Positions 23,844 to 24,000 of a stretch of 24,000 nt of DNA are shown here, in pieces. The notes below the pieces were generated by a model that saw only the letters and a program-made list of their open reading frames with translations, did no database searches and was not told the origin of the DNA. A program made the position numbers and the translations under genes. The stretch comes from Glutamicibacter phage BIM BV-113. The stretch lies in the sequence record MZ955870.1, one strand, 5' to 3'. How positions within the stretch are numbered: position 1 is the first letter of the stretch; each line of letters begins with the position of its first letter.

Positions 23844-24000
23844 ATGACTATTGAACTAGCACGTGAAGGCTTCCGAGCCGCACCCACTGAGGAAGAGCGC
23901 GTCTTCGAAGCCGCCAAGCTTTTCGGCGAAGGACGCAACCCTGCGAACTTCTCCCGCCAGAACACCCTTATGGAAGCGTTCACCACCTCTGACTTCCCGA
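23844..24000 (+). CDS. Probable major capsid protein (N-terminus only, runs off the window)
   Basis: MTIELAREGFRAATTEEERVFEAAKLFGEGRNPANFSRQNTLMEAFTTSDFP; RBS aaggaag; position after the decoration-like gene. Confidence 0.7.
   Translation, partial: MTIELAREGFRAAPTEEERVFEAAKLFGEGRNPANFSRQNTLMEAFTTSDFP

Noticed and set aside
1-24000. CRISPR array, transposase/IS element, retron/DGR reverse transcriptase
   Set aside because: No regularly spaced long direct repeats, no transposase-like ORF with terminal inverted repeats, and no RT motif (YxDD) recognised in any translated ORF.

Overview
This window is a compactly packed segment of an actinobacterial temperate phage or prophage with high GC and many ATGA/GTGA stop-start overlaps. 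From left to right it contains: a leftward repressor-like gene (open at the left edge), a divergent control region with repeated AGTGATAACC motifs, and rightward Cro/XRE-like and excisionase-like genes. Next comes a recombination/replication module: PD-(D/E)XK exonuclease, RecT-like annealing protein, SMC/RecF-like ATPase, SSB, glutaredoxin, DPPH-motif methyltransferase, MmcB-like protein, replication-initiator-like protein with an iteron-like A+T-rich array, and a RusA-like resolvase. Many small, often Cys-rich, genes follow. The right part is the head module: putative small terminase, an interrupting accessory block, tRNA-Gln(UUG), large terminase, portal, MuF-like protein, prohead protease with a likely internal scaffold start, a decoration-like protein, and the start of a probable major capsid gene. 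Main observations beyond routine annotation: (i) three small reverse-strand genes inserted in the rightward array, each with a -10-like hexamer 6-7 nt before its ATG, suggesting leaderless transcripts; (ii) a hairpin-rich noncoding block beside tRNA-Gln; (iii) iteron-like ATAAGCA repeats at 11/23/23 bp spacing; (iv) a G9 tract at the junction of what looks like two fused reading frames; (v) a Nu3-like in-frame scaffold start; (vi) a promoter/palindrome upstream of a putative lipoprotein gene; (vii) a membrane-anchored cargo gene between the terminase subunits. All family assignments were made by reading motifs; no database search was run.
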